Assembly: GCF_018977255.1 (NCBI RefSeq)
Contig: NW_024704743.1
Span: 21,330,001 to 21,394,000 of the forward strand
Length of the DNA stretch: 64,000 nt
Direction of reading: 5' to 3'
Source: Callorhinchus milii
Lineage: Eukaryota
Shown here: positions 1 through 11,430 of the stretch, piece by piece
Numbering within the stretch: position 1 is the first letter of the stretch
Layout of the letters: the number at the start of each line of letters is the position of its first letter
Translations under genes and position numbers: made by a program
The notes under the pieces: model-generated
The model's database searches: none
What the model was told of the DNA's origin: nothing
The model's input: the letters and a program-made list of their open reading frames with translations, nothing else

Positions 1-799
1 AAACTGAAAGTGAATAATAATATTTCTTGTATTTAAATTAGCGCCTTTCACATTGGGTGGACATCTCAAAGCGCTTCACAGGATTTACTGTAAAGTGTAG
101 TGACTGTGTATTTTGTAGGAAAACGTGGCAACCAATTTTCTGACTGGTTACCATGTAATTGAAAATATTATTCTAATATGAATCAATCTGTCCATCTTCT
201 GCAGCCCCGCCAACCATTAACATCATCCATGTTTCTTGACATTGTGAGAATATACACATTCCCCTTGTAGCATGTTCGCCTATACAATACACAGTCACTA
301 AAGTTTACAGTGAAGCACTTTGAGATGTCCTCCTGATGTGAAAGATGCTTTATCAAATGTAAGGATTATTATTATTAACATAATAATAATGCGCAATGCA
401 CTGCCCTGCAACGGAGAATCAATTGAGCTGCATTAAAGCAGTCGCCTACAAATACAAATTCACCCACAAAATATGCAGTCAATCCACTTTACAACATATG
501 TTGTGAAGCGTTTGGAGACGTCTCGACGATGTGGTAATTCACTATCAAATGCAGAGATTATTATTACTATTATTATTAATACACTGTTACTGCCCTTGAC
601 AAGAATTAACTGTAAAGCATTTTTGAAACATTTTATAGTTTTAGGAACTATTTCTGATGCAAAAAATACATTAAGATAAATAGAAACATGTGTAGTAAGG
701 CTTGTGGCAGAGAACAGAGAAATCAGATTGAAAAGAAGTGTTTGTTATAATATAATAAAATGGCTAAATAGGTTTCATGACCAAATTGCTCCTCTATCT

Positions 800-1097
800 C
801 CTTCCCATTATTTGGTGGTCTATAGTATATCCCCAGCAGCATAACAGCTCCTTTTCTGCTTCTCAACTCTAACCGCCTCCTCTTTTTCCTTCCCTATCCA
901 TCATGAATACGTTGTAGCCAGGAACGTTAAGCTCCCATTCCTGCACTTGTTTGAGCCAGATCTCTGTTATTGCCACTGCATCATAATTCCATGTGGCAAT
1001 TTGCGCCTGCAGTTCACCGACCTTATTTGTCACACTCCGAGCATTTATGCACATGCACTCCAAAAGGGCCTTTGTCTACTTTGCATTTCTCCCCTGT
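800..1097 (-). mobile_element. Second CR1 fragment: start of ORF2 endonuclease
   Basis: ORF 869..1063 CMCINARSVTNKVGELQAQI...YDAVAITEIWL...GYNVF..DREGKRGGG. Confidence 0.85.
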
Positions 1098-1193
1098 CTA
1101 AGAACATAAGAATTAGGAGCAGGAGTAGACCATTCGGCCCCTCGAGCCTGCCCCGCCATTCGATAAGATCATAGCTGATCTTCTGACCTAACT

Positions 1194-3176
1194 CTAATTA
1201 CCTGCCCTATCCCCATATCCCCTAATCCCTCTATTTTTTAAAAAAATATCAGTCTCAGCCTTGAAAATGCTCAAGGACTGAGCATCTACAGCCTTCTGGG
1301 GTAGTGAATTCCATACATTTACTATCCTCTGAGTGAAGAAATGTTTCCTCAACTCTGTTCTAAAAGGCTGACCCTTAATTTTAAGACTGTGACCCCTGGT
1401 TATAGATTCTCCTACCAGGGGAAACAGACCCTCTGTGTCTTCTTTATGCAGCCCTTTAAGAATCTTATATGTTTCAATAAGATCTCCCCTAATTCTTCTG
1501 TACTCTAGAGAATATATCCCTAGTTTATTCAGCCTATCCTCATAGGTCAGTCCCCTCATTCCAGGAACTAACCGAGTGAATCTACGCTGCACCCCCTCTA
1601 GGGCAAGTATGTCCTTTTTTAAATAAGGAGACCAAAACTGCACACAGTACTCTAGGTGCGGTCTCACCAAGGCCCTATACAGTTGCAGCAAGACTTCCCT
1701 ACTCTTGTACTCTAAACCTTTTGCAATGAACGCTAACATGCCGTTCGCCTTCTTAGTTGCTTGCTGCACCTGCAAACTAACTTTTTGAGACTGGTGTACA
1801 AGGACACCCAAATCCCTCTGAACACTAACACTATCTAATCTCTCCCCCTCTAGAAAATAATCTGTTTTTCTATTTTTGCTACCTAAGTGAATAACTTCAC
1901 ACTTCCCCACATTAAATTCCATCTGCCACCTACTCGCCCACTCCCCTAGTCTATCTATATCCCGTTGCAATCTTTTTGCATCATCCTCAGAGCTTACTCT
2001 CCCACCTAGTTTAGTGTCATCCGCAAATTTAGATACGTTACATTCAATGTCCTCGTCTAGATCATTGATGTAAATTGTAAATAGCTGAGGCCCAAGCACT
2101 GATCCTTGTGGCACTCCACTAGTCACATCCTGCCAATTCGAGAATGACCCGTTTATCCCTACTCTCTGTTTTCTACCCGTTAGCCACTCTTCAATCCATG
2201 CTAATATGTTCCCATTAATCCTGTGGGCCTTAACCTTGTGCAATAGCCTTTTGTGTGGCACTTTGTCAAATGCCTTCTTAAAATCTAAATATACTACATC
2301 TACTGGTTCCCCCCTATCTAACCTGCTAGATACATCTTCAAAAAACTCTAAAAGATTAGTTAAGCATGACTTCCCTTTTGTAAAGCCATGTTGACTCTGC
2401 CTAATCTTGTTATGGTCTTCCAGGAATCCCATAACGACATCCTTAATTAAGGACTCAAGAATTTTCCCTACCACTGATGTCAGACTAACTGGTCTATAGT
2501 TCCCCATCTTTTCTCTCCCACCCTTCTTAAATAGTGGTGTTATGTTTGCAATCTTCCAATCAATGGGAACCGTTCCAGAATCCAGAGAATTTTGGAAGAT
2601 CAAAGACAAGCCATCCACTATCTCAGTAGCCACCTCTTTTAAAACCCCAGGATGTAGGCCATCAGGTCCAGGGGATTTATCAGTTTTAAGACCTGACAAT
2701 TTACCTAAAACCATTTCTTTACTAATATTAATTTCCCCAAGTTGCTCGCTAACATTGTCTTCTTGGTTCCCCTCTATTCTTGGTAGGTTTTCAGTGTCTT
2801 CTAAGGTGAAGACAGTAGCAAAGTACTTGTTTAATGACTCTGCCATGTCTTTGTCCCCTACTATAATTCCCCCCATCTCTGCCTCTAACGGACCCATATT
2901 TACCTTTGACAGCCTCTTCCTCTTTATATATTTGTAAAAACTCTTGCAGTCTGTCTTTATGTTCCTCGCTAGTTTGCCCTCATATTCCATTTTCTCCCTC
3001 TTAATCACTTTTTTGGTTCTCCTTTGTTGATCCCTAAAGTTCTCCCAATCCTCGGGTTTACTACTCATCTTAGCTGTTTTATAGGCTTCTTTCTTTAACT
3101 TTATACTTTCCCTATCTACTCTAGTAAGCCACGGTTGGGCCACCTTTCCTGTGGCATCTCCTTGAACGTCTGCCAT
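1194..3176 (-). CDS. CR1 ORF2 reverse transcriptase region (660-aa open frame)
   Basis: KSPGPDG, NYRPVSLTSVVGKILE, QHGF, YLDFKKAFDKVPH, GVPQGSVLGP, FADD, RDLGV, LYRALVRPHLEYCVQFW, FFTQRIVNVWNSLP. Confidence 0.95.
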   Translation of the reverse strand: MADVQGDATGKVAQPWLTRVDRESIKLKKEAYKTAKMSSKPEDWENFRDQQRRTKKVIKREKMEYEGKLARNIKTDCKSFYKYIKRKRLSKVNMGPLEAEMGGIIVGDKDMAESLNKYFATVFTLEDTENLPRIEGNQEDNVSEQLGEINISKEMVLGKLSGLKTDKSPGPDGLHPGVLKEVATEIVDGLSLIFQNSLDSGTVPIDWKIANITPLFKKGGREKMGNYRPVSLTSVVGKILESLIKDVVMGFLEDHNKIRQSQHGFTKGKSCLTNLLEFFEDVSSRLDRGEPVDVVYLDFKKAFDKVPHKRLLHKVKAHRINGNILAWIEEWLTGRKQRVGINGSFSNWQDVTSGVPQGSVLGPQLFTIYINDLDEDIECNVSKFADDTKLGGRVSSEDDAKRLQRDIDRLGEWASRWQMEFNVGKCEVIHLGSKNRKTDYFLEGERLDSVSVQRDLGVLVHQSQKVSLQVQQATKKANGMLAFIAKGLEYKSREVLLQLYRALVRPHLEYCVQFWSPYLKKDILALEGVQRRFTRLVPGMRGLTYEDRLNKLGIYSLEYRRIRGDLIETYKILKGLHKEDTEGLFPLVGESITRGHSLKIKGQPFRTELRKHFFTQRIVNVWNSLPQKAVDAQSLSIFKAETDIFLKNRGIRGYGDRAGN

Positions 3177-3384
3177 TGCTGGTCTACTGTCAAATCCTTA
3201 AGTCTAATTTATTTTAGCTAAATCCTCTCTCATACCAGCAAAATTTATTACTTAAATTTAGGACCTTTGCTTCGGACTTAACTACTTCTCTCTCTAACTT
3301 AATGCTAAATTCCATCATATTATGATCACTTTGCCCTAGAGGAGCCTTTTCTGATCAGCCCTGCTTCATTACACAAAACAAGGT

Positions 3385-3864
3385 CTAATATGGCCTGTTC
3401 CCTGGTTGGCTCCTTGGCAATTTTCCAATTTGGTTGTCCCAATCTATATGCAGATTAAAGTCACCCACAATTAATGTTTTTCCTTTGCTACATGCTCCGC
3501 TAATTTCCTGATTTATACCTTGAGAGATACTGTGATTGCTGTTCAGGGGTCTATAAACTACTCCCACTAGAGTTTTCTCCCCTTTGTTGTTACATACTTC
3601 TACCCATACTGACTCTACTTCCTGCTGTTCTGATTTTACATCTTTTCTCTCTACTGTTTTTATCCCATCCTTTATTAGTAGGGCCATCCCCCCTCCTCGT
3701 TTACCACATTGCTTATCTTTTCTATACACCAGGTATCCTGGAATATTTAGCTCCCACCCTTGATCTCCCTGTAACCATGTCTCGGTGATGGCTACTAGAT
3801 CATACCCGTTTGTTTCTATTTGAGCAGTTAGTTCATCTATCTGATCCCTCCTCTTTCTGAACAA
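3385..3864 (-). pseudogene. CR1 ORF2 APE endonuclease fragment
   Basis: YDLVAITETWL, RGGG, VESVWVE, VGVVYRP, IVGDFN; disrupted by deletions after GDFN. Confidence 0.9.
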
Positions 3865-3999
3865 TTCTTTATTCCAAAGTGATTTATTTGTCTCTCTCAG
3901 CCCTCTATGTTCCTTGTTTCTCTTCCCTCTCTGATGTTACATTCTGGTCCTGTCCGTGCCCCCCCCCCATCAAGTTAGTTTAAACCCTTCTCCACAAGC

Positions 4000-4780
4000 A
4001 CGAGTTAACCTCCCCACGAGGACATTGGTCCCAGTCATGTTCAGGTGTAACCTGTCCCAGGAATCTGAATCCTTCCCTCCTGCACCATTTCTCCAGCCAC
4101 ACATTAACCTGCTTTATCTTGCTGTTCCTATACACACTGGGAGTAATCCAAAGATTACCATCATTGAGGTCCTGCTCTTTAGTCTCTTCCCTAGCTCTTG
4201 AAACTCTGCTTGGTGGACCTCGACCCTTTTCTTTCCTACGTCATTGGTTCCAACATGGACCATGACTTCTGGCTGTTCCCATCCCCTCGCAGAATGTTCT
4301 GCACCCATTCCATGACATCCTCCACCAGGGAACCTACGCACCATCCAAGACTCAAGTCTGCGCTTGCAGAAACACCTGTCTATCCCCCTGACTATTGAAT
4401 CCCCAATGACAATAGCATTGCTACACTAGGCCGTGGTCCCCTGTGGAATCGTTTGGCCCACTGTGCGGTGGATTTGCCTGACTGCACTCCCCTGAGGTGG
4501 CGTCACCCTCACCGGTATTCAGCACAGAAAACCGGTTTGTGAGTGCCACGCTCTCCTCCTGAACTCTCTGTGGCTGCTGGGTGACCACCTCCTGAAACGT
4601 GCGGTCCATAAAGGCTTCAGCTTCCCGTACGCACTGCAGTCTCTTCTCAAACTCAGAAACCCTGAGCTCGAGCAGCCGGAGGCACTTTCTGCACACGTGG
4701 GGTATCCAGTAAAAACAGGGATCCTGGAGTTCCCACATGGCACACAATGTGCATGCAATAGGTCTCAGCTGTTCTGCCAT
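4000..4780 (-). pseudogene. CR1 ORF1 remnant (Zn finger/coiled coil plus SGNH esterase)
   Basis: CTLCAMWE...CRKC..LELRVSEFEKRL; IVIGDSIVRG (read at ~4380-4420); VMVHVGTNDVGKK; frameshifted. Confidence 0.85.
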
Positions 4781-7255
4781 ATTCCCAGAATTGTTTAAAA
4801 ATTATTTGTGATATAAGCACATCCTTCCCTTTCTGCACCAAATTCCCACTCTCACCAAATCCCTTCACTAAAGGCTTACTCTGTTCCCACCTCATTCCGT
4901 GGGGCTCCCTGCTCACAAGTCTCCCCTCTAGATTCCTTCAGTTTTATACCCTTTTCGATTTCTTTCATAGAGTATTGAGTCTGACCTCACTCAAATTGGG
5001 TAAAATTTAAATTTTTCCACCTGTGGAATAAAGAGAACTGTATTTGAAGATAAATCAAAAAGCAAGCGAGCTGCCAAGTAAATGCTTGGTTTGAACTGGC
5101 AAATATTTATTTAAAAAATGAGCTGTGAATCGGATTTGACCACTGCAGAGTCTTGAGCTCTGGGTTATTTTTCCATCGTTGATAAACTCACTGACCTTTG
5201 ATATTCTCAGGCTGTTGGTAAACTTATTGAGTGTCAGTGGTATTCACTTATTCACTATTTGATAGTGTTCACTTATCCTATTATAAGTCGTCTCCCCCAC
5301 CCCACCCAAAAGTCAGTGAATGTATCACCTATGCAAGGAATAACTCCCTTTGCAGCAATTGTGTTACTTCCCACCAGCTATAGAAGTGTATGATTGCATG
5401 ATTCTGTTTTTACTATAAGGGATTTGTTTTTTGTCAGCTGGGTGTCTGGCACTCATCACCATGCTTAGACGTACCCAAACCAAACTGAGAGTTTCACACA
5501 TCCCACCCACGCAAGGAAATTCCAGAGAATTTATTGGAATGGAATGTGCACTCTCTCCCTGGAGAAACGCATTCTGTTTTACCAAATTCCAGAAAATATT
5601 AGCCGCAGGTTGGCAAGAGACCCTGTTTACCTCCCCCCCCACCCCTCCCCCGCAACCACCTCACCACCACCCACCGTCATTAGGTGAATGGCAGGTATGA
5701 GGAACCCTCTGGAAGCTTCCTGGTGGGCAACACACCTCAGCACTTGTCGCCCCAAGCCTCAAGAGTTTCTTCATCAGCCATCCGATGGACCTCTGCCTTC
5801 AGCATAGTGGAGGGAGTTTACAACAAGGCTTGTGACGTGCCAGCCCACCTTAATGTTCTCGAGGTTGGACTGTAAGGGAGAGAAATTCAGAAGAGATTTT
5901 TCCCTCTTTACGCTAATGGAACAACCTGATATACCCAGGTACAGCTTGGCCAAATTTTTCTCTAACGTTTGAAGAGCCCACTCCCACTTTGTTAACAATT
6001 TGCCATTTCCATCTCCCAGATCAGGCAGCCCTACAGCTTTCCGAATAGGATTGAACACTGGAATACCACATTATACTGTAGCTGCATCTGTTCTCTGGGA
6101 GTTAACTAAGATTTAACAGAGTTAATTCAGGCTCAATTAATTTTATTTGGAGCCTCATTAGCCATTGTTGAAAACAGGCCCATTTTGTTCATCTTGCCTG
6201 GATTGAAGCATATGTTCCAGAGGTGATGACATGGAATAATAAGTGAAAACAAGATTTGACATTTTACAGTTTTATTTGAAGCAGAATGCAGAATGTCTAA
6301 TTAAAAACACAAGAATGAAAAAGATTCTATGATAATTTGTCTGTTCCAAAATCAAATGTTGAGAAATTGTGCAAATTGTAGACAGTTGTGTGCATTGTTT
6401 CCCACTCTTTAGAAGATATGAAATCTATGTTCGTGTCACATATGCCATATTTAAAGTTATTTGTTAAATGATTGGTTCTGTTAACCACTAATTTGAAACT
6501 GATGCCATCCTGATTTCCTTTTGCCCTATTATAATAAGAATAAGAAACTTTCCATTGGATATATCATCATACCACATCATCAAAACAATATGGGATTCAA
6601 ACCCACAACCTTCTGAAGCCAGAGGCAATAGTTCTACCAACTGAGCCATGCTGACACAGAATAGATATTTTCAAGTACACTGCTCTCTTACTGCCCTGAT
6701 GTGAAATCACGGGTGCAGTGCCTTTACATCTGGAACAATGCAAATTACAACAACAACAACTTGCATTTATATAGCGCCGTCCACGCTGGGCGGCGTCTCA
6801 GAGCGCTTAACAATGGTGGAAGCCCAGTGAAGGGAATTTATCCCTTCACTGGGATCACTCAGCATTTCCAGTCTGACCTGGGGTACTAGGATTGATCACT
6901 CGGCAATTGTTAATATGACGTAATCTTTTTGTTGCGTGTTCAGATGGGAAACCCTATTGTACATGTGTAAAGTAAACATAGCTAGTGTTAGAGATTGGCA
7001 CATCAATGACTCCATGTCCATGGCTTCTCAATAGCTGGTCAACTGACAATGCACTGTGGACAATACTGAAGTCTGGACTGATATCCACTGAGATCTGAAG
7101 GCACAGTTACAGATTGGTCACGTAGTATAAGTGCTGAGGCCCATCCTGGTCTTCCTCAACAAGCATGTTCACTTTTCTTTTATATTTTAATTTCCATACA
7201 AGTTGCCAAACTGTTATCCTGCTTTTTCATTCAATGTGATAATCTCTGTCCATAG

Positions 7256-7419
7256 GTACAACAAATGCTACAGCAGCAAAGTACTCCGAGATCAATTTGG
7301 AGTCGTTGAGTGATGTCATTCAGATTTCTACCACTTGTACACATCAGCTACAAGTATTTGAGTTACGAAGAAATGTTCAAGACCTCCGCCAGCAGCTTCA
7401 GCAGTTAAGATTTCTACAG
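7256..7419 (+). CDS. KIAA1217: KIAA1217 exon (164 nt, phase 1 to 0)
   Basis: ctgtccatag|gtacaaca...tttctacag|gtattg; TTNATAAKYSEINLES...FELRRNVQDLRQQLQQLRFLQ (coiled coil). Confidence 0.88.
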
Positions 7420-7459
7420 GTATTGTTCATCTTTTTGACAAGTTTAACGACAGCATAGC

Positions 7460-8057
7460 ACATGCAGTGCGCGGGGAACACTGCATTGTTGGAGGTACGT
7501 CGTTTGCATGAGACGTTACACCAAGATCCTGTCTCCCTATAATAAAAGCAGAAGTCGCTGGGAACACGCAGCAAGTCAGGCAGCATCTATGGAGAGAGGA
7601 AAATGAGTTACCGTTTCAGGTCGATGACCTTTTGTCAGAATTCTGACGTTGAGTTCTGACGAAAGGTCGTCGACTTTAAACGTAAGCTCATTTTCCTCTC
7701 TCTACAGATGCTGCCTGACCTGCTGCGTGTTCCCAGCAACTGCTGTCTTTATTTCAGAATTCCAACATCTACAGTATTTTGCCTTTTGTATCTTGTCTCT
7801 CTATTCAGGTGGACATTGAAAATGCTATTGTGCTATTTGAAAAGGCCTGAAGTTTCTCCTGGTGTCCTGACCAACAATCTGTCAGATAACATTTGTCATT
7901 CACTTCATGGTTGTTTGTGGGATCCTGCTGTGTGCAAATTGGCTGCCGCCTATAAAATACACAGTCATTACACTTTACGGTATATCCTGTGAAGCTCTTT
8001 GAGATGTCTCCCTATCATGAAAGGCACTATATCAAATGCAAGGATTATTATTGTTAT
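7460..8057 (+). mobile_element. Deu-domain SINE split by a palindromic Penelope-derived element
   Basis: gcattgttggagg...gagacgtt..ccaagatcctgtct | resumes ttcaggtggacatt...ctggtgtcctgaccaa...tail. Confidence 0.78.
7541..7789. mobile_element. Palindromic Penelope-like terminal-repeat mini-element with degenerate hammerhead motifs
   Basis: Arms 7541-7640 and 7654-7753 are inverted repeats; flanked by atcctgtctccctat (7526-7540) and atcttgtctctctat (7790-7804). Confidence 0.8.
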
Positions 8058-9299
8058 AAATGTACATAAATCTCATGTTTTGAGGCTACAGCAATAAGAT
8101 AATTGGTGAGTCCAGAATTCTTAAGCTCTGCTTCATGAGTTTAGATGCTCAATGGAATATTGAATGCACTCCAATGATACCAAGCAGTGTCAAGCTGTGG
8201 ACATTGATCATTTACAGCTCCTGCAATGTACTGCCTCTCTGTGCTGCATGTTAGCTAAATCAAGCAGTGCTTTAATTCAGCTTGTCAGAGTCTTGCATCA
8301 CGTAATCCAGTCTCACGGAGTGTTTTATTTTTCAGAAATTGTCAGTAAGTTACTTATGGTAAAACCCCACTTACATTCCTCCCCAGGAGGAGTCAGTTAA
8401 AGTGAATAGTGGTTGCTGCTGAATTCGATAGTGAACAACGCACTGAACAGCATGATGTAGATTAATTTTGGCAGTCTGATCTGCTCTGTAACTTGGAACA
8501 ATCTGAACACAGGACAGCCTCTTTCCAAGGTCACAGTGTTCCACGTAATGCATGGCACAACATGGGGGTAAAGGGTTAGAGTTCTGACTAATAATACAAA
8601 CCTCTGAAGAATGGTGAGGCCAGAAATAAACCCTGGTAGCTGAGGAACCTCGCTGAAAATGTGCTGCGTTGACCAAAATAAGATGCGAATGTCATGCTGA
8701 TGTCCTAGCAGGCTGTGGTTATATTTTCATTGCTTCCTTCTTTCCCCTGGAGTTTGTTGTTTGGTTAGCTGGGTGTCTTGACACACACGGAAATCCATCA
8801 ACGTGGTTATCCATTGCATGTATGCCACCTACACATGGAAGTTTGCGTGTCTGGAATGGAAAGTGCACTCTCTCTCTCTCTCTCTGGAGGAACACGCCTA
8901 ATTGTGGAGTGTGTTAGCCACAGGATGGCAAGAACCAAGGCTCTAGGGTCCCCTAGGATCCCAAAGTGTGCGTGAGGGTATAATTGGAGTCTAGTCAGCT
9001 AAAACTACCATTGAAACCACTGTCTGGAAAGCTTGCCACTGCTTGCCAGCAAGGATCACACTAGCCGTTAGGGCTCTGGTTTGCAGGGTTAACGGGCCAG
9101 AATGGGATGAATCTCTGTCCTTAGTCTGCCCCTTCAGGTTCTACTGATGAGCCAGGCTAACAAGTCTGTTATCAACAGCAGTGCCCTGGAGTACTGCAGA
9201 CCCACCTGGCTCAGGAACTGGACTATCAAGACCTCCACACAGGATTGACTCAATGCTAACATTCCAGAATACCCCCACTATCTTCCTGGTATATATTAT

Positions 9300-9720
9300 G
9301 AAATCGGCCTAAGCAACTGTAAACCTATGTCCTCTTGTTCCACTGTCCTGAAGTATTTACAGATCCTTTTAAAGTTTTACACATCTCTTGAGTCATTTTC
9401 TCCTAAGACTAATTGTTGCTCACATAGCTCATTCCTCTCACATTAGGGATCATCCTTGTTGCATTGCCACTGTGTCACAGTGACCAGAACTGTATGCTGT
9501 ATTCTAGGTGCGGTCTGACCTGAGCACTGTACAGCCTGAGTAGGATTTAAACTCAACTGATTTTGCAACATCCTGGTTACCTTGTTTACTGCTGCCTTTC
9601 ACTGATTGGACTTTGTGAGCAATAAGTCAGCTTGGATCTCTCAGCTTCCCTCTTGAAAAGTTCTAGCCCATCCGTGGAGTACTTGTATTCTACATGGAAT
9701 AGTTTGCATTTAAATTTATT
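9300..9720 (-). mobile_element. Old CR1 3' fragment
   Basis: gaccagaactgtatgctgtattctaggtgcggtctgacc = VRPHLEY..QFW on - strand. Confidence 0.65.
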
Positions 9721-10114
9721 AAACTAAATTTGTTAAGACTGAATTTAAGAATATTCAGCAAATATAATTCGAGAAAGGAAGCCCAGGGCCATTGCTATTT
9801 TTCAGCTGCAGATGGAGACCTGATATTACATTTTCTGTGAAAATATTCTTCTTCACCTGCTTACTCCTCATTTGTTGGTGGATTCATGTGTTTCCACAGC
9901 TCTGGAACAGACTTGCACATTGCCAACAGGTCTATTTAGATAAGCTTGCAGATGTCCTTCCTGATTTAAATTTAAGGAAGGACACCCAGTATTCAGGGCA
10001 TCGGGTCCGAGAGGACCTTCAGACCCATCGACATCTTGATTTTGCTAAGTAGAGAAACCCCAAACCCCCTGGAACTTCAGGAAATCCCAGAAGATGTGTA
10101 GTCAGGTATCAATT

Positions 10115-10297
10115 TTGATAGTAGCTTGCAAAAGGGAATTGGATAGGTACTTGAAAAGGAAACATGTGCAGGGCTATGGGTTAAGAGCGGGGGAGTGGGA
10201 CTAGTTGCATAGTTTTTTCAAAGAGTTGACACAGACATGATGGGCCAAATCCTTTGGATCCCCCTCCTTTTGGGCTGTAAGATTCTATGATTCTTCA
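10115..10297 (+). mobile_element. CR1 3' end fragment (similar ones at ~14130-14310 and ~42080-42285)
   Basis: aagggaattggataggtacttgaaaagg...gggctatggg...gatgggccaaat...ttctatgattct. Confidence 0.65.
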
Positions 10298-11114
10298 TGT
10301 CCTTTTGACTATAGCCCCTGCAGTACTGGTCATCTAGCTCTGCATCTTTGAAATCCTTGGAGGGGCTTCTGCCTGCTAAATGTTGTGGGCACATTGGAAG
10401 TGTACACATCAGCACCTAAAATTGGGACTAAAATTCCCAGGATGCACAACAGGATAATGTTTCAATCTGAAACAAACAAGGATGGGCCTTGGCTAACAAA
10501 TGATTTTCTACGACTACAGAGGGCCTGAGACCTACTTTGGTATTTAATGGAAGTGTGGAGTTTCATCACCATACAGATAACAAGAATGTAATACTTTTCA
10601 CTGATCTATGTGTGTACCTAACCTGATCAAGGCCAAGCCTCCTTTGAAAGAAGACTTGTTGAAGTAAGTTGCTCTGTAAAATTTGTGGTCGCGAGAAAAT
10701 GTGCTGATGTTGGTTTTAGCTTCTGACCGTGAAAAGCAAATCATCACACCATTCCTCCAAGTTGCTGCTATTACTTAGGATTCTTTTAAATTTAGATGTC
10801 ACTACAATAGATAGAAATTCTAATTTATTGAGTAGTGAGCAGCTAGTGACTTGAGAAACAGTTCCTATTTCTATTCCATAGAATATTTAATAAAAACTCT
10901 GGAATTTATGCTTGTTATCTCACTCACATTTACCTGTAGGTAAATTTCATGCTCTATATTATTCCAGCATTTTCTGGGTTTCACTGATTGTTATTCCTGT
11001 TTATCTTATGTTTGGAAATGTCTCAGAGCCCTTAAAGATAGATTTAAGGATAGATAAAGAGGCTTTGAGACAGAGGGATTTAGGCAGGGTGTTCCAGAGG
11101 TCAGGGCATAGTAA

Positions 11115-11430
11115 TAATAATAATAATCCTTGCATTTGATATAGCGCTTTTCACGTCGGGAGGACGTCCCAAAGCGCTTCACAGAACACACTGTAAAGTA
11201 GTGGAAGGCACAGTCACTAATGGCGGTGAGGAGTGGTTGGAGGTTATCAGCAGGCCTGTGTTAGCTGAGGGAAGGAGCTGTGCAGAGGAGTGGGGTACGA
11301 ATAGGTCAGAGAGGTAGGGAGGTACTAAAGAGTGAAGGGATTTGTAGCTGAGAGTGAGGATCTTGAAATTGATCCTTTCAGAGACAGGGAGCCAGTGGAG
11401 CCCGGTGAGGAATGGAATGATGGGCATGTG
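11115..11430 (-). mobile_element. L2 fragment plus SINE-type tail
   Basis: LHWLPVSERINFKILTL in ORF 11179..11562; tail with stem-loop and (ATT)n. Confidence 0.75.

Larger units (their letters stand above)
1098..4950 (-). mobile_element. CR1-clade LINE, near full-length, internally deleted or composite, antisense in intron
   Basis: Order on - strand: ORF1 remnants, APE endonuclease, RT, short 3' UTR, then tail TTCTTATGTTCTT (aagaacataagaa at ~1100). Confidence 0.93.

Noticed and set aside
5700..6100. Possible LINE relic (KAVGLPDL)
   Set aside because: Single weak motif; not enough to assign a family.
9143..9175. CTGATGAG as a hammerhead or box D motif
   Set aside because: No downstream GAAA with a stem II and no snoRNA terminal stem.
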